This document shows positions 51,948 through 64,000 of a DNA stretch of 64,000 bases, piece after piece. The stretch spans positions 12,836 to 76,835 of the forward strand of contig CDRNVI010000017.1 in NCBI GenBank assembly GCA_977017575.1. The letters are read 5' to 3'. Both the position numbers and the translations under genes were made by a program. The stretch is from Paramoeba atlantica. Taxonomy: Eukaryota; Protista; Discosea. How positions within the stretch are numbered: the first letter of the stretch is position 1; every line of letters begins with the position of its first letter. The notes below the pieces were generated by a model that searched no databases, was not told the DNA's origin, and was given only the letters and a program-made list of their open reading frames with translations.

Positions 51948-54275
51948 CAATATCTATCACTTTGGAACGAAACATGTAAGACTTTGAATCGTAAGAAACG
52001 TGCTGCGCAAGCAACAAGCCTAGAAGACGAGGGGAAGAAAGCGTGTCTTCGCGCGGAGCGACTGGCCCGCGACGGAGAACTTTCTCGCGCCATGACCGCA
52101 CTGACTTCTTCGCCGCTAGCACCAGACGACGACAACACGTACGCCAAACTTCAGGCCAAACACCCCCCACGAATCTCCGCATCCACAACATCCCCCAGCT
52201 TAACTCCGGAAACAGAACCACTCAAAGTCACCGAGGAAGAAGTCGCAGCTGCGCTCTCAACCTTCCACAGAGGATCATCAGGTGGCGCACTTTGCCTCCG
52301 CCCAGAACACGTGCAAGCGGCAATGCAATATCACAATGACGGGCACACAAATCCACTGGGCACGCTCACAAATTTCACCAACCATATGCTCGCTGGGAAG
52401 TTACCACTCGACGTTCAAGACCACTTTGCCGGAGGAAGGCTATGTGCTTTGGAAAAGGGAGAACACGACGTGCGCCCAATAGCCGATGGAGAAACGCTCC
52501 GCCGTCTGGTGAGTAAAGTGGCCTGCCTATCAGTAAAAGCGCGAGCCCGCAAAATTTTCAAAGGCCATCAGTACGGGGTAGCCACGCCCGCCGGGGCCGA
52601 GCGAGTTATACATCTGTGTCGCCAGGCCTTTGCTGCTCGCACGGAAGATGACGACTTTGTTCTCTGTAAAATCGACCTACGTAATGCCTTCAACCAAGTT
52701 TCAAGGGACTGGTTCATAGCACTAACACGCGAGCATTTCCCCACGCTTACTCCTTACGTCGAATGGTGCTACACTTCGGAAAGTAAGCTTACCTTTGGAA
52801 CACGCGTTATTAAATCTCGTGAGGGTGTCCAGCAAGGGGACCCCTTGGGCCCTCTTCTTTTCTCGTTAGTCATGAGGGAAGTCGCCTCAGAAATTCACGC
52901 AGCAGCCCCCAAATTAGACCTAAGCCTCTGGTACCTGGATGATGGCGTTTTGGCTGGCACTTCCTGTGATGTGCGACACGCGTTCGACGTTATCGAAATG
53001 AAGGGTCCACAATGGGGCCTACACCTCAACGCTGCAAAATGCGAGATTATTACCCACCCAGCATCTTCTCATCGTTCTTCTGTTTTTCCCGATCTCCCTG
53101 GCCCTAACAAAAACCTCGAAGGCAATTTTTACATTCTGGGAAGCCCCGTTGGATCGCCAGAGTTTTGTCGTGAATATCTCGTCAACAATGCAGTCGAAAT
53201 GGCAGAAGATTCTCTGGACGCTATAACGCACCTCGAAGACCCCCAGGTTGCCTTATCCCTCATTCGTCACTGCACTGGCTTCTGCCAGATGGTTTACTCC
53301 CTACGAACAACCCCAACATCTGAACTTCGGGATCTCTGTCGGCGCTTGGACGACGCCGTGCAACGCGCGGTAGAGAATTTTTTCCGTCCTCTGACCCCCG
53401 AGGCCCGCCGTCAAACACAACGAAACAAGCGATTTGGCGGGTTAGGACTCCGTTCCGCGGAAGAGCACTCTACTTCAGCCTATATCGCCTCTGTCGCATT
53501 TGCATCGGAGCTAGATCGCTGGGACCCCACGGAGGCAGAAGGTTTCGAAGAAGCCGTAAGCGATGTCAATAAAAGGGTGGGGAAAGACATCGTAGACATT
53601 CAATCAGGGAGAATACCGAAAGGTTTCGCCTTGTCATCCACTCCGCCTTTCAGTAAACGTGGCATTACAGAATCCAGTACCGAAACAGTAATCCCTCGGC
53701 AACGAGATCTAAGCGATGCAATCTCATCTCACGAGTTTCATCAAGCACTCTCCCTCGCTGACCCACGTACGAGGGCTCGATGGATTTCGGAAACGGGGCA
53801 CGGAGCAGCAGAATGGGCTTTTGTATTGCCGTCGAAAAAGAACGGCCACGCTTATACCCCAACCGAGTTTCGGACTCTGGTACGTTGGTGGCGAATCGTT
53901 GGTTACAAGGGGGTTTTAAATGGAGATTTGTTCTCCCAGTTAGACGGAAAATTACGGTCCTTAAAACATGATTTCTACTCAATATATATGTGCAAAGTCA
54001 AGGGTCACTCAGGAAATAAATGGAACGAGGAGGCAGATGGGTTAGCACTGATTGCAGCGCGAAAAGTTCCTCGACCGCCTGAGCAGAAAAAGAGAAAAAC
54101 AAGTAATGATTCCAACGCATCACAAATCGACAAATCCTTGGAAAAGCTGATAAAACATAGAACCTTGGAAAAGGGAAAGACGAAAACCAATCCAGCACCC
54201 AAGCGCGGCGCCGAGGCTAAAGTCAAGCTGTGCGGGAAGATTGCGAAAACTGGTGGGAAGAGGGCGCCTTCATAG
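51948..54275 (+). CDS. Chimeric frame: family K RT fused in frame to C-terminal half of family L RNase H
   Basis: ..FRTLVRWW|RIVGYKGVLNGDL..KVKGHSGNKWNEEAD; frame open from the poly(A) junction, no true start. Confidence 0.8.
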   Translation, partial: QYLSLWNETCKTLNRKKRAAQATSLEDEGKKACLRAERLARDGELSRAMTALTSSPLAPDDDNTYAKLQAKHPPRISASTTSPSLTPETEPLKVTEEEVAAALSTFHRGSSGGALCLRPEHVQAAMQYHNDGHTNPLGTLTNFTNHMLAGKLPLDVQDHFAGGRLCALEKGEHDVRPIADGETLRRLVSKVACLSVKARARKIFKGHQYGVATPAGAERVIHLCRQAFAARTEDDDFVLCKIDLRNAFNQVSRDWFIALTREHFPTLTPYVEWCYTSESKLTFGTRVIKSREGVQQGDPLGPLLFSLVMREVASEIHAAAPKLDLSLWYLDDGVLAGTSCDVRHAFDVIEMKGPQWGLHLNAAKCEIITHPASSHRSSVFPDLPGPNKNLEGNFYILGSPVGSPEFCREYLVNNAVEMAEDSLDAITHLEDPQVALSLIRHCTGFCQMVYSLRTTPTSELRDLCRRLDDAVQRAVENFFRPLTPEARRQTQRNKRFGGLGLRSAEEHSTSAYIASVAFASELDRWDPTEAEGFEEAVSDVNKRVGKDIVDIQSGRIPKGFALSSTPPFSKRGITESSTETVIPRQRDLSDAISSHEFHQALSLADPRTRARWISETGHGAAEWAFVLPSKKNGHAYTPTEFRTLVRWWRIVGYKGVLNGDLFSQLDGKLRSLKHDFYSIYMCKVKGHSGNKWNEEADGLALIAARKVPRPPEQKKRKTSNDSNASQIDKSLEKLIKHRTLEKGKTKTNPAPKRGAEAKVKLCGKIAKTGGKRAPS

Positions 54276-54482
54276 TAAGAGTTGGGCGGAAGACGTGCTT
54301 CCACCAGCAGGTTCGGAATACCCTGAGGAAGAGTTCAGGAAGATAAGGAAAAGTATTGTGTGAAAGTAAAATAGTAGGCACTACTAAACTCTGAACTGGA
54401 AGGCGAGGGAGTATAAGTTCGGGGGGAAAACATTTAACATTCTAACCGACATATGTCGGTCTTTTGGATTGGATTGGATTGG
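53893..54482 (+). mobile_element. 5'-truncated APE-RT-RNase H element, family L (590 nt)
   Basis: RNase H C-terminus, CCGACATATGTCGG stem-loop, GGATT x3 tail, 11-bp TSD. Confidence 0.9.
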
Positions 54483-54493
54483 ACGTTGGTGGC

Positions 54494-55161
54494 TAGGGGA
54501 GCAAATATATCCGGGTCCCCGATCTTGTCCCATGGAGAAGTGCACCCAACCGTTGGGTCCTGAGGGCGATCACGCATTGGCTTGCAAAAGTGGACATGGT
54601 ATCACCTCGCGGCATAATGCCCTGGCCGCAGAATTTTCTTCTGAATGTTCTAAGGCTGGGTTCACTACCCAGAGGGAAATGAGCTTGGGAAACAAGGGGC
54701 CGGGGGGCGCCCTCACCAGGCCTGGTGATGTCTTCATCAAAAATTTCGGGCTTGGCGAGGGTCTTGTGCTTGACTTTGCCGTCACCCATGTACAGCAACA
54801 AAAATATACGGACTCAGTCCGTGACGCTAACGGGGTGACGGCCGGGTCATTTGCGGAGCGCTATGCTACCGAGAACAAGAGAAGACAACGGGAAGAGGCT
54901 AACACGGCTGGGTACAAGTTCGCGGCAATGGTAGTAGAGTCCTATGGCGCCTGGAGTCCCAGCGCCATGGCGGTTCTTAGGGAAATTTCAACTAAAAAGA
55001 TGGCGAACTCAGGGGATACCCTCCCTAAAAGCGATGCCTTGCATCACCTCCTTTCATCTCTCAACATTACCCTCATGAGGTCGCAAGCTCGCATGCTTGT
55101 ATTACGATCCCCAGCGGCGGTCCCTGACACAGTGCTCTTAGGTTACGGAAAAGATGAGTAG
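54494..55161 (+). CDS. Family K C-terminus (CCHC + RLE)
   Basis: CPMEKC..DHALAC, RHN, RPGDVF..LDFAVTH. Confidence 0.88.
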
Positions 55162-55715
55162 GAGCTCAGTAGGAAAGTGAAGGAGTCGGTGTCAAGGGAG
55201 GAGGCCTCGTTTCTATTGGCTGGTTTTCTCGGGTGGTTTCTTTTTGGGGCTTTGGGTATTCGTTTTTTGGGGAAGGTTTTTTTTGGGGGTGGGAACGGGT
55301 TCTTATTTGCTGTTTTTTGGGCCGTTTGCTCGGTTGAACATTCTTTTACTTTTCGTACAGTTGCTTGTTTCTATTCTGAGCCTAACTTTAAAAAAAAAAA
55401 ATGTGAAATTGCTAATTTGATTGCTTGTTTACAAATCATATACCCCCCCCAATGGACCTACTTGGTTCGTCTACTGAGTAAAAATATAGAGGCAATGCCG
55501 CGTTTTATACTTCTCCCCCCCTATTTATTGCAAAAAAAGAGGAAAAAAAAAAAAAGTAGTAAAAAAAAGTAGTAAAAAAGTGTAAAAAGAAGTAGTATAT
55601 ACTTAGGGGAGATTAAATTGCTAGTTTTGGGCTGAGAGAAAAAAACAAAAGGTACATCTGTGGAAACAAAAAGATTTGCTAAAAAAAAAAAAAGAGGAAC
55701 TACTTAAAGAGGAAC

Positions 55716-58700
55716 TTACGCCCAGAGCACCTACAGGCAGCACTGCTCGTACACGGAAATGACTTTCTCCGATCCCTCACAAAGCTAACAAATCACCTCC
55801 TAGCTGGGAAGGCACCCTCTGAAGTACAGGCGCACTTCGCAGGGGCGCGCTTATGCGCCCTATCAAAGGGCGAAAATGATGTTCGTCCGATCGCTGCCGG
55901 TGAAACCCTTCGGCGATTAGCGAGCAAAGCCGTATGCAACGCAATCCGACCCAAAGCGAGCGAGCTCTTTGAAGGCAAACAGTACGGAGTGGCAGCGACA
56001 GCCGGGGCCGAAAGAGTCATTCACATGTGTCGCCTGGCCATGTCGTCCAATATGGAAAACCCGAACTTCGTCATGTGCAAAGTGGACCTACGTAACGCTT
56101 TCAATAACGTAAGCAGGGCTGCCTTCCTTCCACTAGTACAGGAATATTTCCCGGAACTCTTCCCTTGGATCAATTGGTGCTATTCCGACCCCAGCTCTCT
56201 TACCTACGGGGCCCGATTCATCTCCTCCGAGGAAGGAGTACAACAGGGCGATCCCCTAGGACCATTGCTCTTCTCGTTAGTGGCCCTGGAGCTCTCAGAA
56301 GCCATTAACCTTCAAACTGATATTCCCGCCCAACTCTGGTATCTCGACGATGGCGTCCTCGTTGGCCAGGCGCAGGAAGTTAGAGACGCCCTAGACACGA
56401 TCGCCCGAGTAGGACCTCAATGGGGCTTGTATCTCAATACGTCGAAATGCGAAATTATTACTTCCCCCAGCTCGGCCCACCAGGCTGATTACTTCCCAGA
56501 CATACCCGACGAGAAGATCAATTCGCAGGGGAACTTTGACATACTAGGGAGTCCTGTAGGATCCGCCGACCACTGCTCTGCTTATCTTCTTTCTCACGCC
56601 CTAGAACCAGCCGAGGATACCCTCGATGCCATCACCAACATTCAGGACCCCCAGGTCGCGCTTGCCCTAATTCGTCAATGTGCGGGGTTCTGTCAAATGG
56701 TGTATGCCATGAGAAGCACGCCCCCACAGTCCCTGATTCACCTTTGCTCCCGTTTAGACGACTTTCTCATGACCGCTATAGAGGCAATCATCTGTCCTCT
56801 GGACAGGTCAGCACAATCTCAAGCACAGCGACTGAAGCGTCATGGGGGATTAGGTCTGAGATCCGCAGCTCTCCACGCTTCCGCGGCTTACGTTGCATCC
56901 GTCGCCTTTGCCTCTGCCACAGATTCCTGGGATCCCACAGACGCTGAAGGTTTCTCGGAGGCCATCCTCGACATCAATCAGAAGGCCGGCACTGCTCTCC
57001 TCGATCCCCGAGGTCGTGTTCTCACGACTCCCAACGCCCCATGCGAGAAGGCCCTGAGCGCGCCGTACTCCTACCGGAAGAGAAGGCGCCCTCCGCCAGG
57101 GAATGATCCTCACCCCCCGGACGAGCCTCCGGGACATATTCTTCGTACGACTTCCCGCACGGCCAACACACCCACGGATGCCTACCCACTCTCGACTCCC
57201 CTCTACGGTTCTGAAGAATGCCAGGACATGTTACCCCCACAGTGGCCCAAAGGGAAGATCCCGCGCCAGCGGGTAATCAGTTATGCTATTGCAGCCCATG
57301 CCTTTTCCCAGGAATATGAGACAACTGACGCACGAACCCGTGCAAGGTGGATCTCCCAGTGTGGCACGGGAGCGAGCAGCTGGGCCTTTGTGACTCCTTC
57401 GAAAGACCTTGGGCACGCCTTTACCCCCACACAATTCCGAACTTTGGCCCGTTGGTGGTTAGGCGTGGACATCTACCATGAAGATAGCACGTGCCCCATG
57501 CCGAAATGCTCGCTCCCCCTTGACAGCAAAGGGGACCATGCACTGTCTTGCAAACATGGCCATGGTATTGTGACCAGGCACAACGCTGTTACGGACCAGT
57601 TCGCGGACGTGTGCAGTCGAGCCCGCCTCGCCCCTCAACGAGAAAAGAGTCTCGGGAACAGGGGCCCAGGCGGGGCCCTCACCAGACCTGGCGACATATA
57701 CTTGCCCAGCCTTTTTCTTGGAAATCCCATTGTGCTTGACTTCGCGGTCACCCATGCTCAGCAATTAAAATATACGGACAAAGTCCGAAACGCTAGCTGG
57801 GTTGCCGCGGGGTCATTTGCCGAACATTATTCCTCAATGGAGAAGGGCAAGCAGCGTCGAGAAGCCGTAGAGGCAGGATGCGACTTTACGGCCATGGTTG
57901 TCGAAAGTTATGGCGCCTGGAGCCCCAGCGCTTCAGCCGTGCTCCGCAAAGTCGGTGAGAGGTGTTCGCACGCCTCGGGGGGTCTACTTTCGGAAGGTGA
58001 GGCAACGAGCCGAATCTTCGCTGAACTAAACATAACCCTTATGCGCTTTCAAGCGCGCATGATGGTTGCTCGTTCACCTTCCGAAGACCCCATCGCAACT
58101 CTGGAGGAATAGCCTCCAGAGCGGCCCGAGGCCGATCGAGCCGACAGTGCCTATCCTCACGCCTCGCTTTCACGAGCAAGGTACCCCAATGTGAGACAGG
58201 TATGGATTCGGAACATTCATCCGAATCCGGCGATCAAAACCCAACTTCGTGACCGTGCCGCTGTCGGCACATGCCCGCGCCTGCGCCCTCCCGCATAACA
58301 AGGGAAGGGTTCCCAAGCCAGGCCGTGGAGAGGTAGAGAGACCCGGTCCGAAGCGCGCACTGCTGGAAGAAGGGGTGGAGCACTCGCGGATTGATTTCTG
58401 GGGGGAAGTGAGGGAAAGAGGAGGGCAAAGTTTGGAAGGCGCGGATGGATGCTCGGGGGGGGGGAAGTGAGGGAAAGAAGCGGGTGAAGTCGGAAAGTCG
58501 CGGATGGTTTCTTTGAGGGGTGGAGATAAGGGAGAGAAGCGGGCGAAGTTGATAAGGGCGAAGTAAAGTAAAAAAAAAAAAAAAAAAAAAAAGGTACCCG
58601 CATAACAAGGGAAGGGTTCCCAAGCCAGGCCGTGGAGAGGTCGAGAGACCCGGTCCGAAGCGCGCACTGCTGGAAGAAGGGGTGGAGCACGCGCGGATTG

Positions 58701-61700
58701 ATTTCTTGGGGGAAGTGAGGGAAAGAGGAGGGCAAAGTTTGGAAGGCGCGGATGGATGCTCGGGGGGGGGGAAGTGAGGGAAAGAAGCGGGTGAAGTCGG
58801 AAAGTCGCGGATGGTTTCTTTGAGGGGTGGAGATAAGGGAGAGAAGCGGGCGAAGTTGATAAGGGCGAAGTAAAGTAAGTAGGAAAGTAAGTAAGAAAGG
58901 GATACCGTACATTCATAGAATATATTTTAGAAGAAAGAATTTTTCAGTCTTGAACGCATAAAAAAAAAAAAAAAAAGACTTTTCACTGCATTTCTCTTCA
59001 GGGAGGCGGCTTCGTGGGGGGAAATTGTTTGCTAGTTTGGGGTGGGCTGATTGCTTGTGGAAGGAGGAAAAACTAAGAAATTTACATACATTCATATCCC
59101 CCCAATGGACCTACTTGGTTCGCATAATGGGTAATATAGAGGCAATGCCGCGTTTCATACATCTCCCCCCTTATTAATTGCAAAAAAAAAAAAAAAAAAA
59201 AAAAAAAGACAATATCTATCACTTTGGAACGAAACATGTAAGACTTTGAATCGTAAGAAACGTGCTGCGCAAGCAACAAGCCTAGAAGACGAGGGGAAGA
59301 AAGCGTGTCTTCGCGCGGAGCGACTGGCCCGCGACGGAGAACTTTCTCGCGCCATGACCGCACTGACTTCTTCGCCGCTAGCACCAGACGACGACAACAC
59401 GTACGCCAAACTTCAGGCCAAACACCCCCCACGAATCTCCGCATCCACAACATCCCCCAGCTTAACTCCGGAAACAGAACCACTCAAAGTCACCGAGGAA
59501 GAAGTCGCAGCTGCGCTCTCAACCTTCCACAGAGGATCATCAGGTGGCGCACTTTGCCTCCGCCCAGAACACGTGCAAGCGGCAATGCAATATCACAATG
59601 ACGGGCACACAAATCCACTGGGCACGCTCACAAATTTCACCAACCATATGCTCGCTGGGAAGTTACCACTCGACGTTCAAGACCACTTTGCCGGAGGAAG
59701 GCTATGTGCTTTGGAAAAGGGAGAACACGACGTGCGCCCAATAGCCGATGGAGAAACGCTCCGCCGTCTGGTGAGTAAAGTGGCCTGCCTATCAGTAAAA
59801 GCGCGAGCCCGCAAAATTTTCAAAGGCCATCAGTACGGGGTAGCCACGCCCGCCGGGGCCGAGCGAGTTATACATCTGTGTCGCCAGGCCTTTGCTGCTC
59901 GCACGGAAGATGACGACTTTGTTCTCTGTAAAATCGACCTACGTAATGCCTTCAACCAAGTTTCAAGGGACTGGTTCATAGCACTAACACGCGAGCATTT
60001 CCCCACGCTTACTCCTTACGTCGAATGGTGCTACACTTCGGAAAGTAAGCTTACCTTTGGAACACGCGTTATTAAATCTCGTGAGGGTGTCCAGCAAGGG
60101 GACCCCTTGGGCCCTCTTCTTTTCTCGTTAGTCATGAGGGAAGTCGCCTCAGAAATTCACGCAGCAGCCCCCAAATTAGACCTAAGCCTCTGGTACCTGG
60201 ATGATGGCGTTTTGGCTGGCACTTCCTGTGATGTGCGACACGCGTTCGACGTTATCGAAATGAAGGGTCCACAATGGGGCCTACACCTCAACGCTGCAAA
60301 ATGCGAGATTATTACCCACCCAGCATCTTCTCATCGTTCTTCTGTTTTTCCCGATCTCCCTGGCCCTAACAAAAACCTCGAAGGCAATTTTTACATTCTG
60401 GGAAGCCCCGTTGGATCGCCAGAGTTTTGTCGTGAATATCTCGTCAACAATGCAGTCGAAATGGCAGAAGATTCTCTGGACGCTATAACGCACCTCGAAG
60501 ACCCCCAGGTTGCCTTATCCCTCATTCGTCACTGCACTGGCTTCTGCCAGATGGTTTACTCCCTACGAACAACCCCAACATCTGAACTTCGGGATCTCTG
60601 TCGGCGCTTGGACGACGCCGTGCAACGCGCGGTAGAGAATTTTTTCCGTCCTCTGACCCCCGAGGCCCGCCGTCAAACACAACGAAACAAGCGATTTGGC
60701 GGGTTAGGACTCCGTTCCGCGGAAGAGCACTCTACTTCAGCCTATATCGCCTCTGTCGCATTTGCATCGGAGCTAGATCGCTGGGACCCCACGGAGGCAG
60801 AAGGTTTCGAAGAAGCCGTAAGCGATGTCAATAAAAGGGTGGGGAAAGACATCGTAGACATTCAATCAGGGAGAATACCGAAAGGTTTCGCCTTGTCATC
60901 CACTCCGCCTTTCAGTAAACGTGGCATTACAGAATCCAGTACCGAAACAGTAATCCCTCGGCAACGAGATCTAAGCGATGCAATCTCATCTCACGAGTTT
61001 CATCAAGCACTCTCCCTCGCTGACCCACGTACGAGGGCTCGATGGATTTCGGAAACGGGGCACGGAGCAGCAGAATGGGCTTTTGTATTGCCGTCGAAAA
61101 AGAACGGCCACGCTTATACCCCAACCGAGTTTCGGACTCTGGTACGTTGGTGGCGAATCGTTGGTTACAAGGGGGTTTTAAATGGAGATTTGTTCTCCCA
61201 GTTAGACGGAAAATTACGGTCCTTAAAACATGATTTCTACTCAATATATATGTGCAAAGTCAAGGGTCACTCAGGAAATAAATGGAACGAGGAGGCAGAT
61301 GGGTTAGCACTGATTGCAGCGCGAAAAGTTCCTCGACCGCCTGAGCAGAAAAAGAGAAAAACAAGTAATGATTCCAACGCATCACAAATCGACAAATCCT
61401 TGGAAAAGCTGATAAAACATAGAACCTTGGAAAAGGGAAAGACGAAAACCAATCCAGCACCCAAGCGCGGCGCCGAGGCTAAAGTCAAGCTGTGCGGGAA
61501 GATTGCGAAAACTGGTGGGAAGAGGGCGCCTTCATAGTAAGAGTTGGGCGGAAGACGTGCTTCCACCAGCAGGTTCGGAATACCCTGAGGAAGAGTTCAG
61601 GAAGATAAGGAAAAGTATTGTGTGAAAGTAAAATAGTAGGCACTACTAAACTCTGAACTGGAAGGCGAGGGAGTATAAGTTCGGGGGGAAAACATTTAAC

Positions 61701-62977
61701 ATTCTAACCGACATATGTCGGTCTTTTGGATTGGATTGGATTGGACGTTGGTGGCTAGGGGAGCAAATATATCCGGGTCCCCGATCTTGTCCCATGGAGA
61801 AGTGCACCCAACCGTTGGGTCCTGAGGGCGATCACGCATTGGCTTGCAAAAGTGGACATGGTATCACCTCGCGGCATAATGCCCTGGCCGCAGAATTTTC
61901 TTCTGAATGTTCTAAGGCTGGGTTCACTACCCAGAGGGAAATGAGCTTGGGAAACAAGGGGCCGGGGGGCGCCCTCACCAGGCCTGGTGATGTCTTCATC
62001 AAAAATTTCGGGCTTGGCGAGGGTCTTGTGCTTGACTTTGCCGTCACCCATGTACAGCAACAAAAATATACGGACTCAGTCCGTGACGCTAACGGGGTGA
62101 CGGCCGGGTCATTTGCGGAGCGCTATGCTACCGAGAACAAGAGAAGACAACGGGAAGAGGCTAACACGGCTGGGTACAAGTTCGCGGCAATGGTAGTAGA
62201 GTCCTATGGCGCCTGGAGTCCCAGCGCCATGGCGGTTCTTAGGGAAATTTCAACTAAAAAGATGGCGAACTCAGGGGATACCCTCCCTAAAAGCGATGCC
62301 TTGCATCACCTCCTTTCATCTCTCAACATTACCCTCATGAGGTCGCAAGCTCGCATGCTTGTATTACGATCCCCAGCGGCGGTCCCTGACACAGTGCTCT
62401 TAGGTTACGGAAAAGATGAGTAGGAGCTCAGTAGGAAAGTGAAGGAGTCGGTGTCAAGGGAGGAGGCCTCGTTTCTATTGGCTGGTTTTCTCGGGTGGTT
62501 TCTTTTTGGGGCTTTGGGTATTCGTTTTTTGGGGAAGGTTTTTTTTGGGGGTGGGAACGGGTTCTTATTTGCTGTTTTTTGGGCCGTTTGCTCGGTTGAA
62601 CATTCTTTTACTTTTCGTACAGTTGCTTGTTTCTATTCTGAGCCTAACTTTAAAAAAAAAAAATGTGAAATTGCTAATTTGATTGCTTGTTTACAAATCA
62701 TATACCCCCCCCAATGGACCTACTTGGTTCGTCTACTGAGTAAAAATATAGAGGCAATGCCGCGTTTTATACTTCTCCCCCCCTATTTATTGCAAAAAAA
62801 GAGGAAAAAAAAAAAAAGTAGTAAAAAAAAGTAGTAAAAAAGTGTAAAAAGAAGTAGTATATACTTAGGGGAGATTAAATTGCTAGTTTTGGGCTGAGAG
62901 AAAAAAACAAAAGGTACATCTGTGGAAACAAAAAGATTTGCTAAAAAAAAAAAAAGAGGAACTACTTAAAGAGGAAC
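55716..62977 (+). repeat. Second copy of ~7.26-kb tandem unit (48452-55715): G 3' part, SINE-like unit 58977-59207, K with L insertion 61155-61744
   Basis: ORFs recur at offset 7262-7264. Confidence 0.95.
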
Positions 62978-64000
62978 TTACGCCCAGAGCACCTACAGGC
63001 AGCACTGCTCGTACACGGAAATGACTTTCTCCGATCCCTCACAAAGCTAACAAATCACCTCCTAGCTGGGAAGGCACCCTCTGAAGTACAGGCGCACTTC
63101 GCAGGGGCGCGCTTATGCGCCCTATCAAAGGGCGAAAATGATGTTCGTCCGATCGCTGCCGGTGAAACCCTTCGGCGATTAGCGAGCAAAGCCGTATGCA
63201 ACGCAATCCGACCCAAAGCGAGCGAGCTCTTTGAAGGCAAACAGTACGGAGTGGCAGCGACAGCCGGGGCCGAAAGAGTCATTCACATGTGTCGCCTGGC
63301 CATGTCGTCCAATATGGAAAACCCGAACTTCGTCATGTGCAAAGTGGACCTACGTAACGCTTTCAATAACGTAAGCAGGGCTGCCTTCCTTCCACTAGTA
63401 CAGGAATATTTCCCGGAACTCTTCCCTTGGATCAATTGGTGCTATTCCGACCCCAGCTCTCTTACCTACGGGGCCCGATTCATCTCCTCCGAGGAAGGAG
63501 TACAACAGGGCGATCCCCTAGGACCATTGCTCTTCTCGTTAGTGGCCCTGGAGCTCTCAGAAGCCATTAACCTTCAAACTGATATTCCCGCCCAACTCTG
63601 GTATCTCGACGATGGCGTCCTCGTTGGCCAGGCGCAGGAAGTTAGAGACGCCCTAGACACGATCGCCCGAGTAGGACCTCAATGGGGCTTGTATCTCAAT
63701 ACGTCGAAATGCGAAATTATTACTTCCCCCAGCTCGGCCCACCAGGCTGATTACTTCCCAGACATACCCGACGAGAAGATCAATTCGCAGGGGAACTTTG
63801 ACATACTAGGGAGTCCTGTAGGATCCGCCGACCACTGCTCTGCTTATCTTCTTTCTCACGCCCTAGAACCAGCCGAGGATACCCTCGATGCCATCACCAA
63901 CATTCAGGACCCCCAGGTCGCGCTTGCCCTAATTCGTCAATGTGCGGGGTTCTGTCAAATGGTGTATGCCATGAGAAGCACGCCCCCACAGTCCCTGATT
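62978..64000 (+). repeat. Third, partial copy of the 7.26-kb tandem unit (family G RT fragment)
   Basis: Same junction GAGGAAC|TTACGCCCAGAG as at 55716. Confidence 0.93.

Larger units (their letters stand above)
51946..55400 (+). mobile_element. 5'-truncated CRE-like element, family K, interrupted by family L fragment
   Basis: RT YLDD; RLE ORF resumes at 54483 and stops at 55161; TSD ACGTTGGTGGC at 53882-53892 and 54483-54493. Confidence 0.88.

Noticed and set aside
817-63282. The many 60-250 aa ORFs overlapping element ORFs or UTRs on either strand
   Set aside because: Shadow frames with no recognisable motifs; they recur only because the DNA is duplicated.
1-64000. Prokaryotic RT systems (group II intron, retron, DGR) or LTR/DIRS elements
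   Set aside because: RT motifs, poly(A)/GGATT tails, APE/RLE domains and 5' truncations all indicate non-LTR elements; no LTRs, integrase, tyrosine recombinase or intron domain V were seen.

Overview
Eukaryotic DNA made almost entirely of non-LTR retrotransposon sequence; no host protein-coding gene, rRNA or tRNA was recognised. At least 8 families of RLE-type (CRE-like) elements lie head-to-tail on the + strand. My working labels are H, J, I, D, G and K (close relatives) and E and F (a second lineage). In nearly every case a poly(A) tail abuts the next full-length or 5'-truncated copy. Full-length copies, and one 5' fragment, begin with a kinetoplastid/diplonemid-type spliced-leader exon (..TAACGATAAAGATACAGTTTCTGTACCTTGTTG). 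Their ORFs start with a domain matching the Ataxin-2/Pbp1 LsmAD motif, followed by two zinc fingers, RT (YLDD), a CCHC knuckle and a restriction-like endonuclease. Most of their 3'UTRs carry a ~235-nt RNA structure with compensatory changes. Four families of APE-RT-RNase H elements (A, B, C, L) with (GGATT)n tails are also present, and three copies are inserted into CRE ORFs with clear TSDs. Junctions show 15-19-nt reiterated repeats, including 59 copies of an 18-mer. There is a 6.9-kb dispersed duplication (8260-15193 = 24899-31832) and a 7.26-kb tandem duplication (48452 to the window end). The host is probably a euglenozoan (inference from the SL-like sequence).
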